In this document: piece by piece, positions 11,720 to 24,913 of the stretch
Numbering within the stretch: position 1 is the first letter of the stretch
How the letters are laid out: the number at the start of each line of letters is the position of its first letter
Notes under the pieces: generated by a model
Database searches by the model: none
Told to the model about the DNA's origin: nothing
The model's input: only the letters and a program-made list of their open reading frames with translations
From: an uncultured delta proteobacterium
Lineage (GTDB): Bacteria > Myxococcota_A > Polyangia > Fen-1088
Reading direction: 5' to 3'
NCBI GenBank assembly: GCA_963796685.1
Contig: CAWCMR010000015.1
Location: 96,001-160,000 of the forward strand
DNA length: 64,000 nt
Position numbers and translations under genes: made by a program

Positions 11720-12920
11720 ATGGCCAGCACGGGTCCGGCAAAGCCCAGCAAACGCACGTCGATTCTTCGATGGCTGGCGCTAGCCTTGATCATCCACGCC
11801 GAAGTCATCGGTGTGGTTGGTGTCATGCTCTACTTGTGGGCTCCCCGCCAGGCCGAGGTCGATGCCAGACGCCGCGCGGCCGCGGCGGCCGAGCCCATCT
11901 CCGTGAGCACGGTGGACAGCGACACCGCTCGCAAGATCATCGCCGATCTCGAACACCAGGAAGAGAAGGCCAAGCAGGAGCAGATCAAGAAGGAAGAGGA
12001 TTCCCCCAAGGCGCCGGGGCAGGTCGTCGATCTACCTCGTCCGCGCGACGAGCGGCGGCCGGACGAAGCGCGTTTCGCCGCCGAGTACGATTCTTGGGTC
12101 GAGAAGGAGACCAAGCACTACGGCAAGTTCGATCCCAACTCGCAGCAGCGCCACACCGGCGAGGTCGAGCCGAACAGGCGGAACACGCCAGCGTTGACGC
12201 CCAACCCATCGGAGTTCCCTGCCTCGCCCGGGCCACTGGCCATGCGGACGCCGGACGAAGAGCGGCGCAGCCAGCCCGTGCGGTCACGCGCGGGCGAGGC
12301 CGCCCCGACCGCGAACCAGGCCGGCAGCGAGGAACAATTGGCGTCGGATCCCGACGGCGCCTTCGCCCATTCGGGAGGCGGCAAGCCCCGGCCGCAGCGT
12401 TTGGTCAACCCCGCCGAGACCCAATCCGGGGGTCGCCCCGGGCTCTATGGGCTCGTGCCCTCGGAAGAGCAGATCGCGCGCGCCGTGGGCAGCGGGACGC
12501 AAGAATCACCTGGCCGATATCGACGACGGAAACGAAACCGCGCTCAACGCGAAGCGCTGGGTCTACGCCACCTTCTTCAACCGCATCAAGGAGCGCGTCC
12601 GCGATCACTGGAAGCCCGCCGAGGAGTACCAGCGTCGCGATCCCACCGGCAAGATCTACGGCGCCGAGGATCGCTACACGCTTCTGCAGGTGAGCCTCAA
12701 GGCCGATGGGTCGCTGTCCAACGTTTCGGTCACGCACACTTGCGGCCTCGACTTTCTCGACGATACCGCGGTCACTGCCTTCAAGGAGGCGCAGCCCTTC
12801 ATCAACCCGCCCAGGAAGTTGGTCGAAGACGGTCACGGCTTCGTGACCTTCGGCTTCGGATTCTTCTTCGAAGTCTCCGGTGCCCCGCGCCTGAGAATGT
12901 TCCGCTACAAGAGCATGTAG
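11720..12920 (+). CDS. TonB C-terminal-domain protein, 1-nt frameshift near 12504
   Basis: N-terminal TM with His (LIIHAE) and a charged/Pro linker. The second frame has FFNRIKERVRDHW...CGLDFLDDTAVTAFKEAQPFINPP. Confidence 0.75.
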
Positions 12921-12921
12921 A

Positions 12922-15619
<2,698 letters not shown>

Positions 15620-15793
15620 GGTCCGGCTAACGTAGCAAGGTCCCAACGCGAGGTCGAGGTGGCGTGAACGCAGATGGTGGCCTCGACGGCACGAGATTGG
15701 GTTATGCTTGAGCGCATCTTGGACGCACTCGGGCGGCAAGGCCGTTGGAGCCGCGGCACTTTCGTGGAACCTGTTGCCATCGAAGGGGGGCGC

Positions 15794-16885
15794 ATGTCCG
15801 AAAACCCAGGGGGGCGCGGCGACATTCTCATCGTCGACGATGGGCCAGAGAATCTGCGGGTCTTGAGCGAGCTCCTGCGCAGCGAGGGCTACCTGGCCCG
15901 TCCGGTTGCCGATCCCGTCATGGCGCTCGAGGTTGCCGCGGCCGAGCCCCCTGATCTCATCCTGCTGGACATCATGATGCCGGGGATGGACGGCTTCGAG
16001 GTCTGCCGGCGCCTCAAGCGCGATGCGCGCTTGCGCGATATTCCGGTGGTCTTCCTGTCCGCCATCGACAGCGTGTCCGACAAGGTCGAGGCCTTCAGGG
16101 TGGGCGCCGTCGACTACGTCTCCAAGCCGTTCCAGTTCGCCGAAGTGCGCATGCGCGTAGAGACCCACCTCCGCTTGCGGCGTCTGCAGGTCGAGCTGGA
16201 AGCCAAGAATCGCCGTCTCCTCGATCTGGTCGGCGAGCAGGTACGCGAGATCTCCGATTCCCAGATGGCGACCATCTTCGCCCTGGCCAAGCTGGCCGAA
16301 TCGCGCGACGGCGAAACCGGCAAGCACATCGAGCGCGTTCAGCTCTATTGCAAGCTGCTCGCGGCCACCCTGGCCGAGCAAGAGCGCTATGCGGGGCGCA
16401 TCGAGGAATCCTTCATCGAGAATATGTTTCTCGCCAGCCCCCTGCACGACATCGGGAAGGTGGCCATTCGCGACCACATCTTGCTCAAGCGGGGCGAGCT
16501 CACGCCGAGCGAGTTCGAGGAAATGAAGACCCACACCACCCTCGGCGCCCAGACCCTGGAAGCGGTCAAGACGCGTTACCCGCGCAACGAGTTTCTGCGT
16601 GTCGGGATCGAGATCGCGCGTTGCCATCACGAACGCTGGGACGGCCAGGGCTATCCCGCGGGCTTGGCAGGCACGGACATTCCGCTTTCGGCGCGCATCA
16701 TGGCCGTGGCGGACTCCTACGACGCGGCCCGCTCGAGGCGCTGCTACAAGCCGGCCCTGAGTCATTCCGAGTGCCGACATGCCCTGGGGCTTCGCAGTGG
16801 AACCTACCTGGATCCCGACGTCGTCTTGGCGTTCGAAGACGTGCAAGGGCTGTTCGAAGACGTCGCCCACGCGCTGAATGACTAG
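15794..16885 (+). CDS. Response regulator with HD-GYP phosphodiesterase domain (RpfG-like)
   Basis: ILIVDD...LLDIMMP receiver, LHDIGK, HHERWDGQGYP and RIMAVAD. Confidence 0.92.
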   Translation: MSENPGGRGDILIVDDGPENLRVLSELLRSEGYLARPVADPVMALEVAAAEPPDLILLDIMMPGMDGFEVCRRLKRDARLRDIPVVFLSAIDSVSDKVEAFRVGAVDYVSKPFQFAEVRMRVETHLRLRRLQVELEAKNRRLLDLVGEQVREISDSQMATIFALAKLAESRDGETGKHIERVQLYCKLLAATLAEQERYAGRIEESFIENMFLASPLHDIGKVAIRDHILLKRGELTPSEFEEMKTHTTLGAQTLEAVKTRYPRNEFLRVGIEIARCHHERWDGQGYPAGLAGTDIPLSARIMAVADSYDAARSRRCYKPALSHSECRHALGLRSGTYLDPDVVLAFEDVQGLFEDVAHALND

Positions 16886-16901
16886 ACATTGAGAGAGACC
16901 G

Positions 16902-17092
16902 TGACAGCGCGGAAGGTACCAGAAGACACCTTTCCGCGACAGATGCACCCACCCAATCGGAGCGATGACGGGTGGTCGTGAACGTAGACGGCTTACCGTG
17001 GCCGTGGTCGTGGCCGACGGCAATTTCAACCGGCCGTCGGCCACGGCCACGGCCACGACCACGACCACGACCTTCTGCGGCTATCGCGGGAT
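16902..17092 (+). repeat. Dispersed ~190-bp hexamer-stem repeat, copy A
   Basis: TGACAGCGCGGAAGGTACCAGAAG...CACCCAATCGGAGCGATGACGG...(CCACGR)n...CTATCGCGGGAT, near-identical to 34302..34498. Confidence 0.85.
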
Positions 17093-17120
17093 CATTGGGA
17101 GAGCTCTGGGTTGAAGCGGG

Positions 17121-17159
17121 TGCCGGATTCGCACAGAATGAATGCGGAATCCGCATTCA
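17121..17159. promoter_or_regulatory. Tandem enhancer-like sites for a sigma54 activator
   Basis: TGCCGGATTCGCA (17121) and TGCGGAATCCGCA (17143) are 22 bp apart. The second lies in the perfect palindrome TGAATGCGGA-A-TCCGCATTCA. Confidence 0.6.
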
Positions 17160-17208
17160 CGAACTGCTCGCCGGAGGAACAGATCCGCATGGTTACGCCA
17201 GTCCCGGG

Positions 17209-17225
17209 TAGGCACGGCCTTTGCT
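17209..17225 (+). promoter_or_regulatory. Sigma54 (-24/-12) promoter
   Basis: TAGGCACGGCCTTTGCT against the consensus YTGGCACGRNNNTTGCW: one mismatch, correct GG-N10-GC spacing. Confidence 0.75.
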
Positions 17226-17268
17226 CGACCTTGGGGTCGATGATGTTCGCGAAAGGACGTACGAGCTC

Positions 17269-18570
17269 TTGAAGCCCTCGCCCGTGTACCTGCGCTGGGG
17301 CTTGCTGGTTTCGTCGGCGGCGATGGCCGCCGTGCTGGTGGCGACCGGGTTGTGGGTGCGCGCCGGCATCCGGCAGGCCGCAAGCACGGTCACCCAGGGG
17401 CAGACCATCGCGATTGCCTTCATCGCTCGTCGGGCTTTGCGACCGGCCGCCGCGATCGATGCGGCAGCGTTGCAGGAGGTCCTCGAAGAGCTCGCGGCGC
17501 AGGGGCTGCGCTACGTCGAGGTTCGCGATGCAGACGGAGCTCTTTTGGCCACGGCCGGCAAGCAGGCTACGGACGTCCGGTGGCCCGGCGGCGGCAGTCT
17601 CGGCCCATCCGCAACCATCGCATTCGGCCCGGGCGGATCCAGCGCGCAGCTCTTGATTCGTCCCAATGACACGCCGGGAACCGCTGCGGCTCGACCGTCC
17701 AGCCAGGTCCCTTCGCCGGCGCCACCCGATCACCCGCTGCACGGCAAGCAGGTTTTGTTCGAGGTAGATTCGGCCGCTGCCCACGCCTTGGCGTGGCGGG
17801 CGCGGGTCACCCTTGCGGTCAGCCTCTTGGCGGCCTTGGTCTTGATGGGGCTCTGCGCTGTGTTTTGGCGTATCTCGCGCAACGCGGAGAAGGCCTCGGT
17901 CCAGCTCGAGCGTGACCGACAGCTCAAAGTGCTCGGACAGATGTCGGCCGTGCTCGGCCACGAGATCAAGAATCCTCTGGCCTCGCTCAAGGGGCACGTC
18001 CAGCTCTTGCTCGAAAAGCTCCCGCCCGATCACCCCGGTCGCAAGGGCGCCGAGATCGTGTTGCGCGAGACCGTGCGCCTGGAAGAGCTTTCACGCCAGG
18101 TGTTGGAATTCGCACGCACGGGTGCCGTCGCGTGCGAATCCGCCGATCCGGCGGCCGTGGTTCGCGCGGCCATCGACGACGCGGGCAGCGACGATATCCA
18201 CCTGCACGCCGATTCCGCCCCCGCGGCCTGGCCCCTCGACAGCGCGCGCATGGAAGAGGTGCTGGTCAATCTGCTGCGCAATGCGCGCGATGCCTCACCG
18301 GCTGGAAAACCCATCGATGTCGCCCTCGATGTTCAGGCCGATCGCCATCTGGTCATCGAAGTTCGCGATCGCGGCGAAGGTATTCCCGCGGGCGAGGAAG
18401 AACGGGTTTTCGAGCCCTTCTACACCCGAAGGGCGAAGGGTACCGGGCTTGGCCTGGCCCTGGCTCGACGGATCGTGGAGGGGCATGGCGGAGCGATCAC
18501 CGCTCGCAATCATGCGGACGGAGGCGCGGTCTTTTCCGTACGGTTGCCTCCGCCAGCGCGAGGAGTCTAG
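17269..18570 (+). CDS. Membrane sensor histidine kinase
   Basis: Two TM segments, H-box LGHEIKNPL, NLLRNA, DRGEG and GTGLGL. TTG start chosen after an AAGGA SD-like sequence; start uncertain. Confidence 0.88.
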   Translation: MKPSPVYLRWGLLVSSAAMAAVLVATGLWVRAGIRQAASTVTQGQTIAIAFIARRALRPAAAIDAAALQEVLEELAAQGLRYVEVRDADGALLATAGKQATDVRWPGGGSLGPSATIAFGPGGSSAQLLIRPNDTPGTAAARPSSQVPSPAPPDHPLHGKQVLFEVDSAAAHALAWRARVTLAVSLLAALVLMGLCAVFWRISRNAEKASVQLERDRQLKVLGQMSAVLGHEIKNPLASLKGHVQLLLEKLPPDHPGRKGAEIVLRETVRLEELSRQVLEFARTGAVACESADPAAVVRAAIDDAGSDDIHLHADSAPAAWPLDSARMEEVLVNLLRNARDASPAGKPIDVALDVQADRHLVIEVRDRGEGIPAGEEERVFEPFYTRRAKGTGLGLALARRIVEGHGGAITARNHADGGAVFSVRLPPPARGV

Positions 18571-18572
18571 TC

Positions 18573-19903
18573 ATGGAACGAGCGCTTGTTGTCGACGACG
18601 AAGAGGGAATTCGGACCTTCATTGGCGAGGTTCTGGAAGGCGAAGGGCTGCGCGTGACCCTTGCCGCCGATGGAGAATCGGCCGCGCGCATGCTCGACCG
18701 CGAATCCTTCCACCTGATGATTACGGATCTCAAGATGCCCGGCCTCGACGGGATGTCGCTTTTGCGCAAGGCGCGCGCGGAATCGCCGGAAACCGAGGTG
18801 GTAGTGCTGACCGCGCACGGAACCGTGGCGGGCGCCGTCGAGGCCATGAAGCTGGGGGCCTTCGATTACCTCGATAAACCCCTGTCGGGACCCGACGAGC
18901 TGCGCTTGGTCGCGAGCCGAGCGATGGAGCGCCGCCATCTGCGCGAGGATGCCCAGCGCATGCGCGCTCCGGAAGACGGCGAGCCGGCAGTCGTCGCCAA
19001 GGATCGGGTCATGCAGGCGGTGATGGGACAGGTGCGAAAGGTCGCGACCACCGACGCCACCGTGCTGCTATTGGGCGAGAGCGGCACCGGCAAGGAGGTG
19101 CTATCGCGTGTGCTCCATCGTGAGAGCCGGCGGGCGGCGGGGCCGTTCGTCGCGGTCAACTGCGCGGCCATTTCCGACTCGTTGCTCAAGAGCGAGATGT
19201 TCGGGCACGAGAGGGGCGCCTTCACGGGCGCGGTCTCGAACCACCGTGGGCGCTTCGAGCTGGCCGACGGCGGAACGCTGTTTCTCGACGAGGTCGGCGA
19301 GCTGCGCCCCCAGCTGCAAGCCAAACTGCTGCGCGTATTGCAGGAGCGGCGGTTCGAGCGCGTGGGCGGCACGCGCACCATCGAGGTCGACGTGCGCATC
19401 GTGGCCGCCACCAACAGCGATTTGTCCGAGGCGATGCGCGCTGGCCGTTTTCGCGAGGATCTCTACCACCGCCTGGCCGTCTTCCCCATCCGCATCCCGC
19501 CGCTGCGTGAGCGCCTGGCCGACATCATTCCGCTTGCCGAGGACCTGTTGTTGCACATCGCACGCCAGCTCGGACGCCCGAGCCTTTCTCTCGACGAAGC
19601 CGCGCGCGTGCGCCTGGCGTCGTACGCCTGGCCGGGGAATGTTCGCGAGCTGGGCAACGTTCTCAGCGCGCCGCCATTCTGGCCGAAGGCTCGGTGATTG
19701 GCGCGGACCTGATCCTGACCGGTCCCTTGGCTTCGGCCTCGCATGCCTCGGATGGCTCGGGAATCGAAAGACTGGAGGACATGGAGAAGGAAGCCATCCG
19801 GCGCATGCTGGCGCTGACCGGGGGCAACCGCAAGCAGACCGCGGCGCGCCTGGGGATCGGCCTGCGCACGCTCTACGACAAGCTCAAGGTCTACGACCTG
19901 TAA
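18573..19903 (+). CDS. Sigma54-dependent response regulator, 1-nt frameshift near 19664
   Basis: [20 protein letters not shown] and [10 protein letters not shown]. The Fis HTH ([18 protein letters not shown]) is in the next frame. Confidence 0.9.
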
Positions 19904-20036
19904 GGCGTCGGCATCACTCGCCTGTGAGGCAATGTAGGGCCAGGAATTCGGGGGGGAGCGAGCATGGCGATTCTTCTCACTTCAAGGCAAGTGAGTGTGT
20001 AAAAGAGGGGATCATCAGGACCAAGACCCCACCACC

Positions 20037-21572
20037 ATGAGCTCCACAAAAACCGCCGGCCTCGTATCGCTCCTCGCCACCTTTCTCGCCCTTGGACCCT
20101 TTCAATCGGTGCGCGCCGCCGAGGGCAACTCCGACGATGCGGATCCCGCGTCGAAGGTGCAAAAGCTCAATCGCTATGCGATGCAGCTTTTCGACGACAG
20201 GAACTACGCACTGGCGGAGAAGACGCTGCTCGAGGCCCTGGCTATCGTCGAGAAGTCCAACCTCGGACGCGGCCCGGCGGGGCTTGCCACCAACGGCAAC
20301 CTGGCCGTGCTCTACAGCGTGGGGCTCAAGAATCCCGACAAGGCTGTGTTCCATTTCAAGAAGGCACTGGCCCTCAAGCCCGACCTCAGAATGAGCAAGC
20401 AACGGGCGACTCCCGAGACCGAGGCCAATCTGGCGCGGGCCAAGGCCGAGCTCGCCGGAAGGGCCCCGGCGTCCTCGCCCAAACCGCCGGCTTCGACAGC
20501 CAAGCAGGTCGAGGCGGTCTCCGGTGTCGCCATCAAGTGCCCCGCGGACGAGGAGGCCCAGGCTGGCGAAGACCTCACCCTCAAATGCCTGACCTCGGCC
20601 GAGCTGCATCCAGCCACCGTGACGCTGTACTACAAGGCGAACGGCGAAGACCAGTACCAGGCGCTGCCCATGACCAAGTCGGGCAACTCGGGCGCGGCCA
20701 CTGCTTGGGTGGCCAAGATCCCCGGCGCGCAGATCAAGGCCAAGTTGATTCCGGTCTACTTCGAGGCTCGCGACGACAGCGGGTCGAGCCTTGCCTTTTC
20801 CGGCCGCGAAGACAGCCCGAGCGTGATTTCCGTCAAGGGCGGCGAAGCCACCCCGGCCGGTCCGGCCGCCACGGCCACCGCGGGCGTGGGCGACACGGGC
20901 GACAACGACGAGGGAGACGAGGGTGAGGAAGAAGAGGGCGAGGAAATCGACGACGAGAACCCCCTGGCGCGCCTCGAAAACGAACGGCGCCGCGAGCACC
21001 AGGGATTGAAGGGAACCTGGTGGCTTGGCCTTGGGCTCGGTTCGGGTGTCGGCTACGCCTCTGGAAACTCCACCGAGACCTTTCCCAGCCAGAAGGTTGG
21101 ATTCAGCCCCGGTCTGGCGCTCGCCTTCTTGGGGCATGCTGTTCCTGAAATTGGATATTTCATTGGCAGAAACACGGCGTTGGCCATTACCGGACGCGAT
21201 CAGCTCATCCTGGGTGGATGGAAAGGAACCCCATGGGGGGCGAACGCCGTGCTGTTGCGTGCGCTCTTCTTTACCGACGGCGACGAGAAGGTACGCTGGT
21301 ATTTCGCCACTGCGGCTGGATGGGGCGATGCCTTTCGCCTCCAGGTCGATGCCCAGGCGCAGCAGGTGGATCAGAGTGGCAATGGTGGGACAGCAATCCC
21401 TTTCAAGGACACGGTCAAAGGGGGGCCATGGGCAGTGGGGATTGGGGGCGGTATGCTGTACAAACTCAACCGGCGCTGGCGATGGACGGTCGATACACAA
21501 GCCTTGCTTGGCTTCACCCATTACTCCGCGGTACTGGATCTGACCACGGGGCTGCGCTTGATGTTCCAGTAG
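20037..21572 (+). CDS. Exported TPR protein with C-terminal outer-membrane beta-barrel
   Basis: Signal peptide (SVRA), TPR-like helices (AVFHFKKALALKPD), acidic linker and beta-strands ending GLRLMFQ. Confidence 0.65.
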   Translation: MSSTKTAGLVSLLATFLALGPFQSVRAAEGNSDDADPASKVQKLNRYAMQLFDDRNYALAEKTLLEALAIVEKSNLGRGPAGLATNGNLAVLYSVGLKNPDKAVFHFKKALALKPDLRMSKQRATPETEANLARAKAELAGRAPASSPKPPASTAKQVEAVSGVAIKCPADEEAQAGEDLTLKCLTSAELHPATVTLYYKANGEDQYQALPMTKSGNSGAATAWVAKIPGAQIKAKLIPVYFEARDDSGSSLAFSGREDSPSVISVKGGEATPAGPAATATAGVGDTGDNDEGDEGEEEEGEEIDDENPLARLENERRREHQGLKGTWWLGLGLGSGVGYASGNSTETFPSQKVGFSPGLALAFLGHAVPEIGYFIGRNTALAITGRDQLILGGWKGTPWGANAVLLRALFFTDGDEKVRWYFATAAGWGDAFRLQVDAQAQQVDQSGNGGTAIPFKDTVKGGPWAVGIGGGMLYKLNRRWRWTVDTQALLGFTHYSAVLDLTTGLRLMFQ

Positions 21573-21582
21573 GGAGGTGTGC

Positions 21583-23446
21583 ATGCAACTCAAGATGCGC
21601 GCGCATTTCGGCTTGGTGATTCTGGGCGGACTCCTCGGTTGTGCCGGAGCCAAGGTGGGGGTCATTCCGTCCGCAGAGGGTGGAGGCGGCGGCGGAGGTG
21701 GCGGAAAAGGAGGCTCTTCCGGTGTCACCATCGATCTTGACGCGAAGGCGCCAACCCAGCCAGTGCAAGTCGATCCCGGCGCCGCGCCAGTCGCGTGCGA
21801 CAACCCGATGGCCTGCCCGGATTTTCCTTCTGCTCCGATCAACGACCCCAAATCGCCTTCCGCGATTCCCGGCAATCCGGGCAGCCAGTTCTCGGGGGCT
21901 CCATCCGGAAGCGGCCCCTGCGTCACGGAGCCCGAGGACGGGGCGCTCTTCCCCTACAATTGGACGCGGCCGCGTATCAAGTGGACGGGAACGAGCGGTC
22001 TCGTCCAGATCACGGTTCACGCGGACATCGAGGCGAACGACCTGGTCGTGTACACGAGCGCCGACAACTGGATCATGGACAAGACCATCTGGGACGGGCT
22101 GCGCTCGCACGTGCACGAATCGGACATCTCGGTCACGGTCCGCGCGTCCGGCGGCGGCGCCACGACCGTGAAGTTCCAGATCGCGTCCGCGAGCGCGGCC
22201 GGGAGCATCGTGTTTTGGGCCGCAGATCCCTCGGTCGTGGGCGTGCAAAACGTCACCACGGTGCAAGACACCACCTCATTGCTGCGCGGATTTACCGTGG
22301 GCGAGGAGGGGACCGTCGTCACGCTCAAGTTCTCCCAGGTCAAACAACCCAGCAAGGAGCAGTCCTACAACAACCGGACACCGACCTGCATCGGCTGTCA
22401 CGCCGCGACCCCCGACAACGGCTTCGTTGCTTTCGTCGACAACTGGCCGTGGAACTCCGTCATTTCCGGCATCAAGTCCGACAACGTCGGGGCTGAGCTT
22501 CCTAGCCTGTCCACCGGCGGTCTCGCCGATTCTCAACAAACCGTGGGCCGGGGCACCGGCCTTCTCGAGTGCGTTTTGGCAGACCGGCAGTCGCATGATG
22601 GTGACCACTTCCGCGCAGCAGAGCGACCTCTTGCCATGGGAGACGGACAATCTGAAACCTGCCAATCTGGTCTACTACAATCTGGATTCGCCCACGCCCG
22701 ACCCCACGCCCTCGGTCGGCCAAGGTCCCGTGGCTCAGCTTGGGAAGCAATACGGGGTCATCGCCCGCAACGGCGATAGCAACGGCGTCGCCTTCCCGAC
22801 CTGGAGCCACGACGGCGCCACCATCGTGTACTCGTCTACCAACGGTGGCTGCCAAGATGGACGGCTTCAGCAAGGGGCCACGGATTTCTATTCCGTTCCC
22901 TTCGACAACGGCAATGGTGGCGACGCCAAGCCCGTTCCCGGTGCGTCCGACAAGAGCTGGGAGGAGTACTACGCCGCCTTCTCGCCGGACGACCAAATGG
23001 TCTTGTTCGACCGGGTTCCATCGGGCCAGGTCATGTACGCCAATCAGAGTGCGGAGATCTTCTTCGTACCGATGGGCTCGGCGCCCGGTGCCGGCACGGC
23101 CGTTCGCCTCAAGGCGAATGATCCGGTGGCCTGCACGGGGAAAGCCAGCCCCGGCGTCAACAACCACTTCCCGAAGTGGGCTCCGGCCGCGAGCACGTAC
23201 AACGGGCGGACCTACTACTGGGTGATTTACTCTTCGAATCGTGCCGGGATTCCACCTGTCGTGGCAACCCAGGGCGACGGCAAGGCCCACCAGATCTCGC
23301 AGCTCTACTTGACTGCCGTTTCCGTGGAGAACGGAAAGTATCAGACCTACAAGTCCGTCTACTTGTGGTGGCAACCGACCGACATGGTGAATACCACGCC
23401 GGTCTGGGACCTGCTCCAGATCCCGCCGGCGCCGCCCATCTACTAG
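21583..23446 (+). CDS. Lipoprotein with TolB/PD40 beta-propeller and CxxCH motif, frameshift near 22527
   Basis: Lipobox LLGC, CIGCH, and PD40-like repeats FPTWSHDG, AAFSPDD, FPKWAP, YSSNR. Confidence 0.75.
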
Positions 23447-23603
23447 CCTCGTGCGATCCGCCGATCCGCTCGCCTGGGCGGTGGGCGCCACCGTTGGCAC
23501 ATGGATGGAAGAAGTCGGCTTTTTCCGCCGCGCTCGCGCACGATTTGACCTCCATTTGCGTATTCCCATTGTGGCGGCACGGATTGTTCTTAAAGTTGAG
23601 GAG

Positions 23604-24236
23604 ATGCAACGCGGAGTATTAAAGATACGGCCGTGGGGGGTGATCGCTGTCCTGGCGATGGCCACCACGACGTCGTGTGGGACCGGAATTCGCGATGGCG
23701 AGGGCTATGCGTACGTGACCAAGACCATCGGGCCGGAGGGCGGACAGATCGTGCTTCGGGAAGCAACCTTGGCCATCTATCCGCAGAATTTGAAAGAGCC
23801 TGCGACCATCTCCATGCGCCGCTTTCCGATCATCGATCACGCGGGCGCCGTCGGTCCGGTTTTTGAAATCCAGATTCCGACGCCAACTACCTTCGATCTG
23901 GATCCCGATATCAGGATCGTGACTTCGGACGTGGTTGCGAGCAATCCGGCGTCCAGAATCGGTTTTCTGTTTCCCGGCATCGCGAACGAGCAGTGGGTAC
24001 CGGATACCTCATCACCGTTCCAGCCTTGTTCCCCCCCGACAGTTTGCGGGCCAGTGCAGCGCGACGGATTCATCCATCCTGGGGGCACTGGAAGTGCTCT
24101 CTCTCCGACGACGACGCTCGATTTCGCCGTCGTTACCCAGTGCGGTTCCATCGGGGACTGCGCGGCAAGGCAGACCTGCAGCTCCAATGCCTGCCAGCAG
24201 TGCTACACAGTCACCTCTTGCAACCCAGCCTCTTGA
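23604..24236 (+). CDS. Lipoprotein, ZU5-like N-terminus and Cys-rich C-terminus
   Basis: GAGGAG SD, lipobox-like TTSC, TIGPEGGQI and terminal Cys repeats. Confidence 0.55.
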   Translation: MQRGVLKIRPWGVIAVLAMATTTSCGTGIRDGEGYAYVTKTIGPEGGQIVLREATLAIYPQNLKEPATISMRRFPIIDHAGAVGPVFEIQIPTPTTFDLDPDIRIVTSDVVASNPASRIGFLFPGIANEQWVPDTSSPFQPCSPPTVCGPVQRDGFIHPGGTGSALSPTTTLDFAVVTQCGSIGDCAARQTCSSNACQQCYTVTSCNPAS

Positions 24237-24304
24237 CCATGATCGGCGCTACCCCTTCACCTCTCGCCCGCAATCCGCTCCCACGCTGGCTGTGGGCAGA
24301 AGCG

Positions 24305-24904
24305 ATGTTTCCTTCTTCCGCCGGGGTCGGCTATGCTTCACCTGCCGGCACCGTGGAAAACGAGAAGAGCAGCTCCAAGACAACTTCTGCGGGCGAAACG
24401 GCGCTCGGGGACCTTTACGCGAAGTTCGCCCCCGCCATTTACGCGCACTGCCGCCGCTTTCTGCAGTCTCCGGCCGCAGCGCGGGACGCCACCCAGGAGG
24501 CCTTCATCCGCGTGCTCGCGCGCGGCGTGGTCTTGCCCCGGGAAGAAGAGGCGCTTCGCTATCTCTACCGCGTCTCCACCAATGTCTGCCTCAACCTCTT
24601 GCGCGAGCACAACGTGCACACGCGGGCCGTGCCGACGTTGGCCGCCAATTCGCACCATGTCAGCTCGGCCGAATCCGGGTTGGCGGATCGCGAATTCGTG
24701 ATCGCCGTCCTCGATCGTTGCGGGGAGGGCGGCGCCAAGGTGGCCGTCATGCACTACCTCGACGGCATGTCGCAGGTCGAGATCGCCGAAGTCCTGGGCA
24801 TCACGCGCCGGACGGTCTTCAATCGCCTGCGCAAGCTGTCGCGTATCGCCGGGGATCTGCTGCACGCGGTCCCGCGTCACTCGACCGCAAAGGAAGAAGA
24901 GTAG
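24305..24904 (+). CDS. ECF sigma factor
   Basis: Region 2 ARDATQEAFIR and YLYRVSTNVCLNLLR; region 4 DGMSQVEIAEVLGITRRTVFNRL. Start uncertain. Confidence 0.9.
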   Translation: MFPSSAGVGYASPAGTVENEKSSSKTTSAGETALGDLYAKFAPAIYAHCRRFLQSPAAARDATQEAFIRVLARGVVLPREEEALRYLYRVSTNVCLNLLREHNVHTRAVPTLAANSHHVSSAESGLADREFVIAVLDRCGEGGAKVAVMHYLDGMSQVEIAEVLGITRRTVFNRLRKLSRIAGDLLHAVPRHSTAKEEE

Positions 24905-24913
24905 GGGAGAGCG

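Noticed and set aside
16972-17211. Small ORFs with RPRPRP/TTATTT tracts (also 27316..27660 and 34375..34623)
   Set aside because: Translations of the hexamer repeat; frames and ends are not conserved between copies.
19976-23590. Putative shared ECF promoter YTCMCW-N16-TGT upstream of 20037 and 23604
   Set aside because: Only two weak instances; cannot be told from chance without a motif search.
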